Below the pieces are notes generated by a model. It had not been told where the DNA came from. It made no database searches and saw only the letters and a list, made by a program, of their open reading frames with translations. From Macrostomum hystrix (taxonomy: Eukaryota; Animalia; Platyhelminthes), in assembly GCA_950097015.1 (NCBI GenBank), contig CATNEN010000001.1:14446001-14510000 (forward strand): a DNA stretch of 64,000 nucleotides, written 5' to 3'. Numbering within the stretch: the stretch's first letter is position 1; each line of letters starts with the position of its first letter. Below, piece by piece: positions 10,801-21,853 of the stretch. The position numbers and the translations under genes are program-made.

Positions 10801-13296
10801 ATTATTCTAGCAGTTGATCAATCGATCAATCCAGCAATACATCGATCAATCAATTCAGAATCAATCGATCAATCCAGCAATCAATATATCAATCAATCCA
10901 GAAATCAATCTATCAATCCATCCAGCAATCAATCTATCAATCCATCCAGAAATCAATCTATCAATCCATCCAGAAATCAATCTATCAATCCATCCAGCAA
11001 TCAGTCTATCAATCCATCCAGAAATCAATCTATCAATCCATCCAGCAATCAATCTATCAATCCACCCAGAAATCAATATATCAATCCATCCAGAAATCAA
11101 TCTATCAATCCATCCAGCAATCAATCTATCAATCCATCCAGCAATCAATCTATCAATCCACCCAGAAATCAATCTATCAATCCATCCAGCAATCAATCTA
11201 TCAATCCATCCAGAAATCAATCTATCAATCCATCCAGAAATCAATCTATCAATCCATCCAGAAATCAATCTATCAATCCATCCAGAAATCAATCTATCAA
11301 TCCATCCAGCAATCAATCTATCAATCCATCCAGCAATCAATCTATCAATCCATCCAGAAATCAATCTATCAATCCATCCAGCAATCAATCTATCAATCAA
11401 TCCAGAAATCAATTATCAATCAATCCAGAAATCAATCTATCAATCCATCCAGAAATCAATCTATCAATCCATCCAGAAATCAATCTATCAATCCATCCAG
11501 AAATCAATCTATCAATCCATCCAGCAATTAATCTATCAATCCATCCAGCAATCAATCTATGAATCCATCCAGCAATCAATCTATCAATCAATCCAGAAAT
11601 CAATTATCAATCAATCCAGAAAACAATATATCTATCAATCCAGAAATCAATCTATCAATCCATCCAGCAATTAATCTATCAATCCATCCAGCAATCAATC
11701 TATGAATCCATCCAGCAATCAATCTATCAATCAATCCAGAAATCAATTATCAATCAATCCAGAAAACAATATATCTATCAATCCAGCAATCAATGTATCA
11801 ATTAACTCAGTTACCAATTGATTGATCATCGAGCAATTAATCGATCCATAAACCTAGAAATCAATCAATCTACCGATCAATCTACGGCCGAATGAGTTAT
11901 CAATTGATAATATATAATTAAAGGCATCGATCATTCGAGTGAAATTGTATATCAATCTATCAATCAATGAATTTCCATTGCAGGCTACCATCTCATTCCA
12001 CCGCATGCTGGCAATTCGCTATCCGCTGAAAGTTCGTCACTGGCTGACTGTGCGCCGCACCAGAATCATCCTGGCCTGCCTGTCGGGTCTTGTAGCCTCC
12101 TACGCCCTGGTCATACCTGCCTGCCACACCTGGCAGACGGTGCCGTCCAGAAGTCGTTTGTCCTCGACAAATCAGCTGCGGCTTCACTGTGACAAGGAGG
12201 ATCGCAAATTCCTAATCTACTACTCACACGGTCTGTTTGGCTCCATTGCGCCATTCTTCATCATGATCCTGTGCACCGGGCTCATTGTGTTCCTGGTCTG
12301 CCAGACTCGGCGAGACTTGGCCTCGACGCTGGAACAGCTGAGCGTCAGGCAGACCAGGACACTCAGGGCGGCGCATCAGCTTCCTGTTGGCGGCGCTTCA
12401 GCTGCAGGTGTCAGCAGCAACAGTGCCCGAGCTGGAACTTCCGCTGCTGCCGCCAATGTGACCGCTGATAGGTGCGAATTTTTTAGGGATCGTTGATTTA
12501 TGAATACCGGTCTGCTAGGCCACTTACATGTTTCAAGGCTGTCTAACAGGTTGCAAGGCTGTCTAACAGGTTGCAAGGCTGTCTAACAGGTTGCAAGGCT
12601 GTCTAACATGTTGCAAGGCTGTCTAACATGTTGCAAGGCTGTCTAACAGGTTGCAAGGCTGTCTAACAGGTTGCAAGGCTGTCTAACAGGTTGCAAGGCT
12701 GTCTAACATGTTGCAAGGCTATCTAACAGGTTGCAAGGCTGTCTAACAGGTTGCAAGGCTGTCTAACAGGTTGCAAGGCTGTCTAACCTGTTGCAAGGCT
12801 GTCTAACAGGTTGCAAGGCTGTCTAACAGGTTGCAAGGCTGTCTAACAGGTTGCAAGGCTGTCTAACAGGTTGCAAGGCTGTCTAACAGGTTGCAAGGCT
12901 GTCTAACATGTTGCAAGGCTGTCTAATATGTTGCAAGGCTGTCTAACAGGTTGCAAGGCTGTCTAACAGGTTGCAAGGCTGTCTAACATTTTTTATAACA
13001 TTTTTATAACATTTTTTATTTATTAATTTTAAGGCCACAATAATTTAGGGCGCAGCCGCGGAGAGAAGGCTTGGGGGCTTGTCGTGCAATTTGCGCCCTT
13101 GAGGGCCAGCCTCCAAAGCACAGTGAGAGTGTACACTGCCTGACGATGAGAAAGTCAGGCCAGACGTACACACCTGTGTGAGTGTGTGCTCAGGAAGCTG
13201 CTAGGTGGCTGCGAATCTACTGCAACTAAAGTGATGTACCAATGCCTGCAGCCCTCCTATTAATACTATTATTTGCAGCACTAAGACCAGGAGTCG

Positions 13297-13331
<35 letters not shown>

Positions 13332-15092
13332 CGGTAGGAGCAGTTGGAGGCAGCGAGAAGCGAGTCACCCTAGTCCTGGTGCTCATGAACCTGACCTACT
13401 TTCTCACCAACGGATTCGCCGGCCTGTTCCTCATCTCAAAAGTACACCTGGCCAGCGGCAGCAGCGACTTCGCCAGACTTTGGGCCACCCTGCACCGATT
13501 CGCTGACGTCTGCGCCTGCCTCAACAACAGCACCAACTGGGTGTTCTACCTCCTGACTGGGCGCAAGTTTCGAGAACAATTCCTGCGCGTGCTGAACTGC
13601 CGCGGCGCCGCCAATAGGCACGGACTGCAGATAAACAGGTTGGCAACATTCTTCGTCCTGCCGCAATCAACACCAACTTTAAGAGGCCTGAGCAATTTCC
13701 TGCACGCGGAAATTGAAGCTTAGGCACTTTTGCTTTTTTGGCAGGATTTCAAAATCTGCGGATTAGAAACTATGGGAATCTAAAATTTTTTAATTATCCC
13801 ATTTCTGATCAGAATTTTAATTCGACTTTGTCATAGAGAGATTAAAGGATTTGCGAAAGGGAATGAAAAGCATGAGGATCTGAGGGGAAGGTGGTTGCTG
13901 CCAACCTGAGGATCTGAGGGGAAGGTGGTTGCTGCCAACCTGAGGATCTGAGGGGAAGGTGAGTGTTCCCAACAGGTGGATCTGAGGGGAAGGTGGCCGT
14001 TCCCAACAGGAGGATCTGAGGGGAAGGTGGTTGCTGCCAACCTGAGGATCTGAGGGGAAGGTGAGTGTTCCCAACAGGTGGATCTGAGGGGAAGGTGGCT
14101 GTTCCCAACAGGAGGATCTGAGGGGAAGGTGGTTGCTGCCAACCTGAGGATCTGAGGTGAAGGTGAGTGTTCCCAACAGGAGGATCTGAGGGAAAGGTGG
14201 TTGCTGCCAACCTGAGGATCTGAGGGGAAGGTGAGTGTTCCCAACAGGAGGATCTGAGGGAAAGGTGGTTGCTGCCAACCTGAGGATCTGAGGGGAAGGT
14301 AAGTGTTCCCAACAGGTGGATCTGAGGGGAAGGTGGCCGTTCCCAACAGGAGGATCTGAGGGGAAGGTGAGTGTTCCCAACAGGTGGATCTGAGGGGAAG
14401 GTGAGTGTTCCCAACAGGTGGATCTGAGGGGAAGGTGGCCGTTCCCAACAGGAGGATCTGAGGGGAAGGTGAGTGTTCCCAACAGGAGGATCTGAGGGGA
14501 AGGTGAGTGTTCCCAACCTGAGGACCTGAGGAGAAGGCGCTGTTCCCAACCTGAGGATCTGAGGGGGAGGCGACAGATGTAAAGTTGGCAATCAGATGTA
14601 CGGTTGCACTGTACAGCTGTTCAGTCCGTGGACTGGTGAGAGGCCGACAGAGCTAAATCTGGAACCTATTTTACAACTGATGAACGAATTTTTCTCTGAA
14701 GTTAAGATTCGAACCCTTGATCTCTTCAAATGAGAAAGTCGCTGCCGTACTTTTAAAACGATCAGCAAGACTTGGTAATTATCGATTTCAATGACAGATG
14801 TGTTCTGCAGCAGCAGCAGCAGCAGCAGCAGCAAAGGCCGCTGAAGAGCATTCTTAGCAAACGGACAGCAACAGAAACAGAGCGGAGCAATGGAAAGCTA
14901 GCAGAAGCAGCGGACGAGCAAAAGTTGCGCATTGTGAAGCACAGGCAGCAGAAGCAGTTAAATCAGGACGACACTGAGATACCACTGCTGACATCAACTC
15001 CGAGACAGTCAGCGTACCAGACTGACCGTCAGCTTCTTCAGCTCCTGCCAATCAGCGAAGCACCAGCGCCTGACTACGTGTCTACCGTTTGA
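3448..15092 (+). CDS. Class A (rhodopsin-like) peptide-type GPCR, FMRFamide-receptor-like superfamily, about 503 aa; exons 3448-3816, 11984-12471, 13279-13638, 14798-15092
   Basis: Exons join at GT-AG sites in phases 0, 2, 2 into one frame. TM1 IGFCGTAINLIIL; TM2 LFSALAVADL; CRL at the top of TM3; SFHRMLAIRYPL at the DRY position; TM5 APFFIMILCTGLIV; TM6 EKRVTLVLV; TM7 LNNSTNWVFYLLTGRKFR. Confidence 0.9.
4069..4470. repeat. 21-bp minisatellite (ttgggattctactatcccagt)n in GPCR intron 1
   Basis: About 19 tandem units; each unit holds a short inverted repeat gggat...atccc. Confidence 0.95.
5007..5790. repeat. (GACA)n-derived compound repeat with caccagga interruptions
   Basis: Visible directly; contains an internal duplication of about 276 bp. 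Confidence 0.9.
6580..7452 (-). CDS. Intronless WH1/EVH1-like (PH-fold) protein with a C-terminal CRIB-like motif, resembling the Drosophila MESR3-like family; nested antisense in GPCR intron 1
   Basis: 290-aa ORF with coding-like composition. LILAHLGTCFPMWNLQVYSVTTY and FGLAFTDQNSATEFSGRL resemble WH1 strands and helix; a basic stretch is followed by EISNPCICQRVAS (CRIB-like ISxPxxFxHV). 5' end uncertain. Confidence 0.75.
   Translation of the reverse strand: MVSPSDPPDALLSFNQVTERNLTEQAELKERVKLSPEDVERLRITFSSQTASCFVCPCLVSLYQKVQADHISQYLPKQDSTWKSVFGPSALILLMPNFEPSNKFVQSELILAHLGTCFPMWNLQVYSVTTYVVMSTHFQTVTDNSTSSGAVFGLAFTDQNSATEFSGRLNERIKNMTDFESASSKERRRTVKDREKRSKSLRRLISRSKSSNNSGFAEISNPCICQRVASATEQDCQAFSAMTFRSSIGSSGHSAQAETSVENDSSSASAAASPTSTLEADRATASAITC
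7958..8150 (+). mobile_element. SINE family B with tRNA head and CORE-like segment
   Basis: gcctagcgtttagagcgtc...ggtcggggtttcgattcc followed by cttaagcaaggcacttaactctgcattgct; body shared with 10085-10253 and 21690-21750. Confidence 0.7.
8592..8873 (-). mobile_element. SINE family A copy
   Basis: High identity to 61731-62058 and 9458-9739. Confidence 0.85.
9458..9739 (-). mobile_element. SINE family A copy with internal deletion
   Basis: gcaggagggctgcgggcaatggcacatcatttggtgacactagaccc ... ctctgccactcacccc. Confidence 0.85.
10085..10253 (-). mobile_element. SINE family B copy
   Basis: Reverse complement of the 7958 element: ggaatcgaacccccgaccttcaag...gagtccgacactctaaccactaggc; ttaccccagctaatgctgga. 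Confidence 0.7.
10815..11810. repeat. 24-bp minisatellite (aatcaatctatcaatccatccag[a/c])n near the 3' end of GPCR intron 1
   Basis: Visible directly; gives 8-aa periodic pseudo-ORFs. Confidence 0.95.
12533..12990. repeat. 20-bp minisatellite (gtctaacaggttgcaaggct)n in GPCR intron 2
   Basis: About 23 units. Confidence 0.95.
13048..13278 (+). mobile_element. 5'-truncated SINE family A copy ending at the GPCR exon 3 acceptor
   Basis: 13048-13195 nearly identical to the consensus body; 13205-13260 is a diverged 3' end (gcagccctcct) followed by an ATT-like tail and TTTGCAG. Confidence 0.8.
13872..14570. repeat. 34-bp minisatellite in GPCR intron 3 (gtgagtgttcccaacag-gaggatctgaggggaag and variants)
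   Basis: Strict 34-bp register; same family as 34830-36450. Confidence 0.95.
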
Positions 15093-15162
15093 GTCAGCCA
15101 TCTAACTGAACAGTTGATCATTCATTTTACAATTATGCCTAGCAACTGATTCAATTCAATAA

Positions 15163-18100
15163 TGACAGACACCTGAATAATCAGACAGGACAGACACCTG
15201 AATAATCAGACAGGACAGACACCTGAATAGTCACACAGGACAGACACCTGAATAATCAGACAGGACAGACACCTGAATAATCAGACAGGACAGACACCTG
15301 AATAATCACACAGACAGACACCTGAATAATCACACAGACAGACACCTGAATAATCAGACTGGACAGACACCTGAATAATCAGACAGGACAGACACCTGAA
15401 TAATCAGACTGGACAGACACCTGAATAATCACACAGGACAGACACCTGAATAATCAGACAGGACAGACACCTGAATAATCAGACTGGACAGACACCTGAA
15501 TAATCAGACAGGACAGACACCTGAATAATCACACAGACAGACACCTGAATAATCAGACTGGACAGACACCTGAATAATCACACAGGACAGACACCTGAAT
15601 AATCAGACAGGACAGACACCTGAATAATCAGACTGGACAGACACCTGAATAATCAGACAGGACAGACACCTGAATAATCACACAGACAGACACCTGAATA
15701 ATCACACAGACAGACACCTGAATAATCACACAGACAGACACCTGAATAATCACACAGACAGACACCTGAATAATCACACAGACAGACACCTGAATAATCA
15801 CACAGACAGACACCTGAATAATCACACAGACAGACACCTGAATAATCACACAGACAGACACCTGAATAATCAGACAGGACAGACACCTGAATAATCACAC
15901 AGACAGACACCTGAATAATCACACAGACAGACACCTGAATAATCACACAGACACCTGAATAATCACACAGACACCTGAATAATCACACAGACAGACACCT
16001 GAATAATCACACAGACACCTGAATAATCAGACAGACAGACATCTGAATAATCACACAGGACAGACACCTGAATAATCACACAGACACCTGAATAATCAGA
16101 CAGGACAGACACCTGAATAATCAGACAGGACAGACACCTGAATAATCAGACTGGACAGACACCTGAATAATCAGACAGGACAGACACCTGAATAATCAGA
16201 CAGGACAGACACCTGAATAATCAGACAGGACAGACACCTGAATAATCAGACTGGACAGACACCTGAATAATCAGACAGGACAGACACCTGAATAATCAGA
16301 CTGGACAGACACCTGAATAATCAGACTGGACAGACACCTGAATAATCAGACTGGACAGACACCTGAATAATCACACAGGACAGACACCTGAATAATCACA
16401 CAGGACAGACACCTGAATAATCACACAGACACCTGAATAATCAGACAGGACAGACACCTGAATAATCACACAGGACAGACACCTGAATAATCACACAGGA
16501 CAGACACCTGAATAATCACACAGGACAGACACCTGAATAATCACACAGACACCTGAATAATCACACAGACACCTGAATAATCACACAGACACCTGAATAA
16601 TCAGACAGGACAGACACCTGAATAATCAGACAGGACAGACACCTGAATAATCAGACAGGACAGACACCTGAATAATCAGACTGGACAGACACCTGAATAA
16701 TCAGACAGGACAGACACCTGAATAATCAGACTGGACAGACACCTGAATAATCAGACTGGACAGACACCTGAATAATCAGACTGGACAGACACCTGAATAA
16801 TCACACAGGACAGACACCTGAATAATCACACAGGACAGACACCTGAATAATCACACAGACACCTGAATAATCAGACAGGACAGACACCTGAATAATCACA
16901 CAGGACAGACACCTGAATAATCACACAGGACAGACACCTGAATAATCACACAGGACAGACACCTGAATAATCACACAGACACCTGAATAATCACACAGAC
17001 ACCTGAATAATCACACAGACACCTGAATAATCACACAGACAGACACCTGAATAATCACACAGACACCTGAATAATCAGACAGACAGACATCTGAATAATC
17101 ACACAGGACAGACACCTGAATAATCACACAGACACCTGAATAATCAGACAGGACAGACACCTGAATAATCAGACAGGACAGACACCTGAATAATCACACA
17201 GACACCTGAATAATCACACAGGACAGACACCTGAATAATCACACAGACACCTGAATAATCAGACAGGACAGACACCTGAATAATCAGACAGGACAGACAC
17301 CTGAATAATCACACAGGACAGACACCTGAATAATCAGACAGGACAGACACCTGAATAATCAGACTGGACAGACACCTGAATAATCACACAGGACAGACAC
17401 CTGAATAATCAGACAGGACAGACACCTGAATAATCAGACTGGACAGACACCTGAATAATCAGACAGGACAGACACCTGAATAATCACACAGACAGACACC
17501 TGAATAATCAGACTGGACAGACACCTGAATAATCACACAGGACAGACACCTGAATAATCAGACAGGACAGACACCTGAATAATCAGACTGGACAGACACC
17601 TGAATAATCAGACAGGACAGACACCTGAATAATCACACAGACAGACACCTGAATAATCACACAGACAGACACCTGAATAATCACACAGACAGACACCTGA
17701 ATAATCAGACAGGACAGACACCTGAATAATCACACAGACAGACACCTGAATAATCAGACTGGACAGACACCTGAATAATCACACAGGACAGACACCTGAA
17801 TAATCAGACAGGACAGACACCTGAATAATCAGACTGGACAGACACCTGAATAATCAGACAGGACAGACACCTGAATAATCACACAGACAGACACCTGAAT
17901 AATCACACAGACAGACACCTGAATAATCACACAGACAGACACCTGAATAATCACACAGACAGACACCTGAATAATCACACAGACAGACACCTGAATAATC
18001 ACACAGACAGACACCTGAATAATCACACAGACAGACACCTGAATAATCACACAGACAGACACCTGAATAATCACACAGACAGACACCTGAATAATCAGAC

Positions 18101-20080
18101 AGGACAGACACCTGAATAATCACACAGACAGACACCTGAATAATCACACAGACAGACACCTGAATAATCACACAGACACCTGAATAATCACACAGACACC
18201 TGAATAATCACACAGACACCTGAATAATCACACAGACAGACACCTGAATAATCACACAGACACCTGAATAATCAGACAGACAGACATCTGAATAATCACA
18301 CAGGACAGACACCTGAATAATCACACAGACACCTGAATAATCAGACAGGACAGACACCTGAATAATCAGACAGGACAGACACCTGAATAATCAGACTGGA
18401 CAGACACCTGAATAATCAGACAGGACAGACACCTGAATAATCAGACAGGACAGACACCTGAATAATCAGACAGGACAGACACCTGAATAATCAGACTGGA
18501 CAGACACCTGAATAATCAGACAGGACAGACACCTGAATAATCAGACTGGACAGACACCTGAATAATCAGACTGGACAGACACCTGAATAATCAGACTGGA
18601 CAGACACCTGAATAATCACACAGGACAGACACCTGAATAATCACACAGGACAGACACCTGAATAATCACACAGACACCTGAATAATCAGACAGGACAGAC
18701 ACCTGAATAATCACACAGGACAGACACCTGAATAATCACACAGGACAGGCACCTGAATAATCACACAGGACAGACACCTGAATAATCACACAGACACCTG
18801 AATAATCACACAGACACCTGAATAATCACACAGACACCTGAATAATCAGACAGGACAGACACCTGAATAATCAGACAGGACAGACACCTGAATAATCAGA
18901 CAGGACAGACACCTGAATAATCAGACTGGACAGACACCTGAATAATCAGACAGGACAGACACCTGAATAATCAGACTGGACAGACACCTGAATAATCAGA
19001 CTGGACAGACACCTGAATAATCAGACTGGACAGACACCTGAATAATCACACAGGACAGACACCTGAATAATCACACAGGACAGACACCTGAATAATCACA
19101 CAGACACCTGAATAATCAGACAGGACAGACACCTGAATAATCACACAGGACAGACACCTGAATAATCACACAGGACAGACACCTGAATAATCACACAGGA
19201 CAGACACCTGAATAATCACACAGACACCTGAATAATCACACAGACACCTGAATAATCACACAGACACCTGAATAATCACACAGACAGACACCTGAATAAT
19301 CACACAGACACCTGAATAATCAGACAGACAGACATCTGAATAATCACACAGGACAGACACCTGAATAATCACACAGACACCTGAATAATCAGACAGGACA
19401 GACACCTGAATAATCAGACAGGACAGACACCTGAAAAATCACACAGACACCTGAATAATCACACAGGACAGACACCTGAATAATCACACAGACACCTGAA
19501 TAATCAGACAGGACAGACACCTGAATAATCAGACAGGACAGACACCTGAATAATCACACAGGACAGACACCTGAATAATCAGACAGGACAGACACATGAA
19601 TAATCAGACAGGACAGACACCTGAATAATCACACAGGACAGACACCTGAATAATCAGACAGGACAGACACCTGAATAATCAGACAGGACAGACACCTGAA
19701 TAATCAGACAGGACAGACACCTGAATAATCACACAGACAGACACCTGAATAATTACACAGGACAGACACCTGAATAATCAGACAGGACAGACACCTGAAT
19801 AATCACACAGGACAGACACCTGAATAATCACACAGACAGACACCTGAATAATCAGACAGGACAGACACCTGAATAATCACACAGACACCTGAATAATCAC
19901 ACATACAGACACCTGAATAATCAGACAGGACAGACACCTGAATAATCACACAGGACAGACACCTGAATAATCAGACAGGACAGACACCTGAATAGTCACA
20001 CAGGACAGACACCTGAATAGTCACACAGGACAGACACCTGAATAATCACACAGGACAGACACCTGAATAATCACACAGCA
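15163..20080. repeat. About 4.9-kb satellite of 25/24/20-bp units (cacctgaataatcagacaggacaga) between the convergent GPCR and RhoGAP genes
   Basis: Visible directly; variant order repeats at an offset of about 2.2 kb. Confidence 0.97.
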
Positions 20081-20849
20081 TAATTTTAGAACCTGAGTAT
20101 TTAAAAGAACAGAAAAAGCAGAAATAAGCAGGTTAATTAAATGAACCAGTTTTACAATTAAAATGGAAGGAATTGTAAGATATAAAACAGCAAAATTTTT
20201 ATTTTTTATAATGTTACAATAAACAGGGAAAAATTGTAATCAAATAGAAATCTATGTTGGAATCAATCAAACAAAAGTTTTGTACTTAAATTAGCAAAAA
20301 ACAGATATCATGTTTCCTTTTGAGAGCGATCTGAGATGAATGAAGGTAAAAAAACATGAAAGGTAAATTTTGGAAATAAAATCAGTGCAGTATCAAAACT
20401 AAGAATTAAAAAAATTAAAATGGAATTACAATAGTATATGTAGCACCCAGAGACAAGTTTACATTTGGCTGGTTTTATTATTAGTGAAGATCTACTCGCA
20501 CAAAAGAATAAGAAATTTTATTGCGATGCGGCGTACATGTCCAGCTAAAACGTTAAACAGTTTTATCGCTCTACTTCAGTAAGTAGTATGATAGGCAAAT
20601 TCAGAGACAAGTGCGAGCGATGAGTTAGACCACTGATTTTAACGCAGATTTGTTTATTCTGTTTTAAAAAAAGAGACGTGGAAATTTTTAGACGTAGACG
20701 ATGATAAAGGCAAGAAAAAATAGGACAAAAGGCAGGGAGGGAAAATGATTTTCGAGAGAAAATGACACGACGGGAGAAGAGGAGACAGAGAGTTAAGAAT
20801 AGAGGTAAGTATAACAGGGGGAGAGAGAAGAAAAAGGAGACAAGAGAGG

Positions 20850-21095
20850 GGGAGAACAGGGGGAGGGGACAGGAGAACAGGGGAGAACAGGAGGGAGGAG
20901 AACAGGGGAGAACAGAGGGAGGAGAACAGGGGAGAACAGGAGGGAGGAGAACAGGGGAGAAGAGGGGGAAGGAGAACAGGGGATAACAGGGGGAGGAGAA
21001 CAGGGGGAAGGAGAACTGGGGATAACAGGGGGAGGAGAACAGGGGGAAGGAGAACAGGGGATAACAGGGGGAAGGAGAACAGGGGAAGGGAAGGA
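20850..21095. repeat. Purine-rich low-complexity repeat (ggagaacaggg variants)
   Basis: Visible directly. Confidence 0.85.
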
Positions 21096-21534
21096 AAATA
21101 GAAGAAAGAGTTTGAGAAGGGACTGAGATTTTTGTATAATTAATTTGTTGCTAAGGGACAGAGAAGAGTAAACACCGACTGTAGCTGTGATTTAGTCTCA
21201 GTCAGTTTTCTCTCTTTTTCTTTCTAGCTTTGTAAAACATAATTTAGCAAAAGTAAAACAGGAAGCGGAAACGCGCAGGTAAAATAAGCTGGATGCGTTA
21301 ATAAAAACTGTAGCACCTGGCAAATATTAGAATTTATTATATTTGTATGGACGCGTTAAAAATGTTAGCACAGTTAAGTTTTATAATAGTAGTTAGGAGA
21401 AAGTTCCAGCTAATGGAAACTGCATATTACACAGGACAATGGCACTGGACAATTACCCTAAAAAAGAACAAAGAATTCTAAAAAAAGCAGAAAAGGCACA
21501 AACTGAGTTTCCGATTGTCGCAGTGCAAATGAAC

Positions 21535-21750
21535 AACGTGGTATTTAAAGCTACGAGTCTTTGACCCAAAAGGTCGGGAGTTCGTTTCTCAGTCAAAGGG
21601 AATCGATTTGTGTCCTTGTGTTAGCCAGACACCTAATTTCCCAGACACGCCTGCCCCAATTGGGCCAGATGTGCAGCCGGCAGCACAGCCGCAGCTCAGT
21701 CCATGGACTGGGGGGGACGCCACACCCACCCTCAATTACCCCAGCTGGAT
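21535..21750. mobile_element. SINE family B composite: degenerate head on + followed by body fragment on -
   Basis: aaggtcgggagttcg...tgtgtccttg on +; cagtccatggactggggggacgccacacccaccctcaattaccccagct is the reverse complement of about 8065-8115. Confidence 0.6.
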
Positions 21751-21853
21751 GCCACATCCATTGTCTCTATCCATCTAAATGAAGAAAGTATCCAAGCCAT
21801 AAACAACACGAAACAAATCAACAAGATAATGAGCACAATCGAGTGGTTACAAA

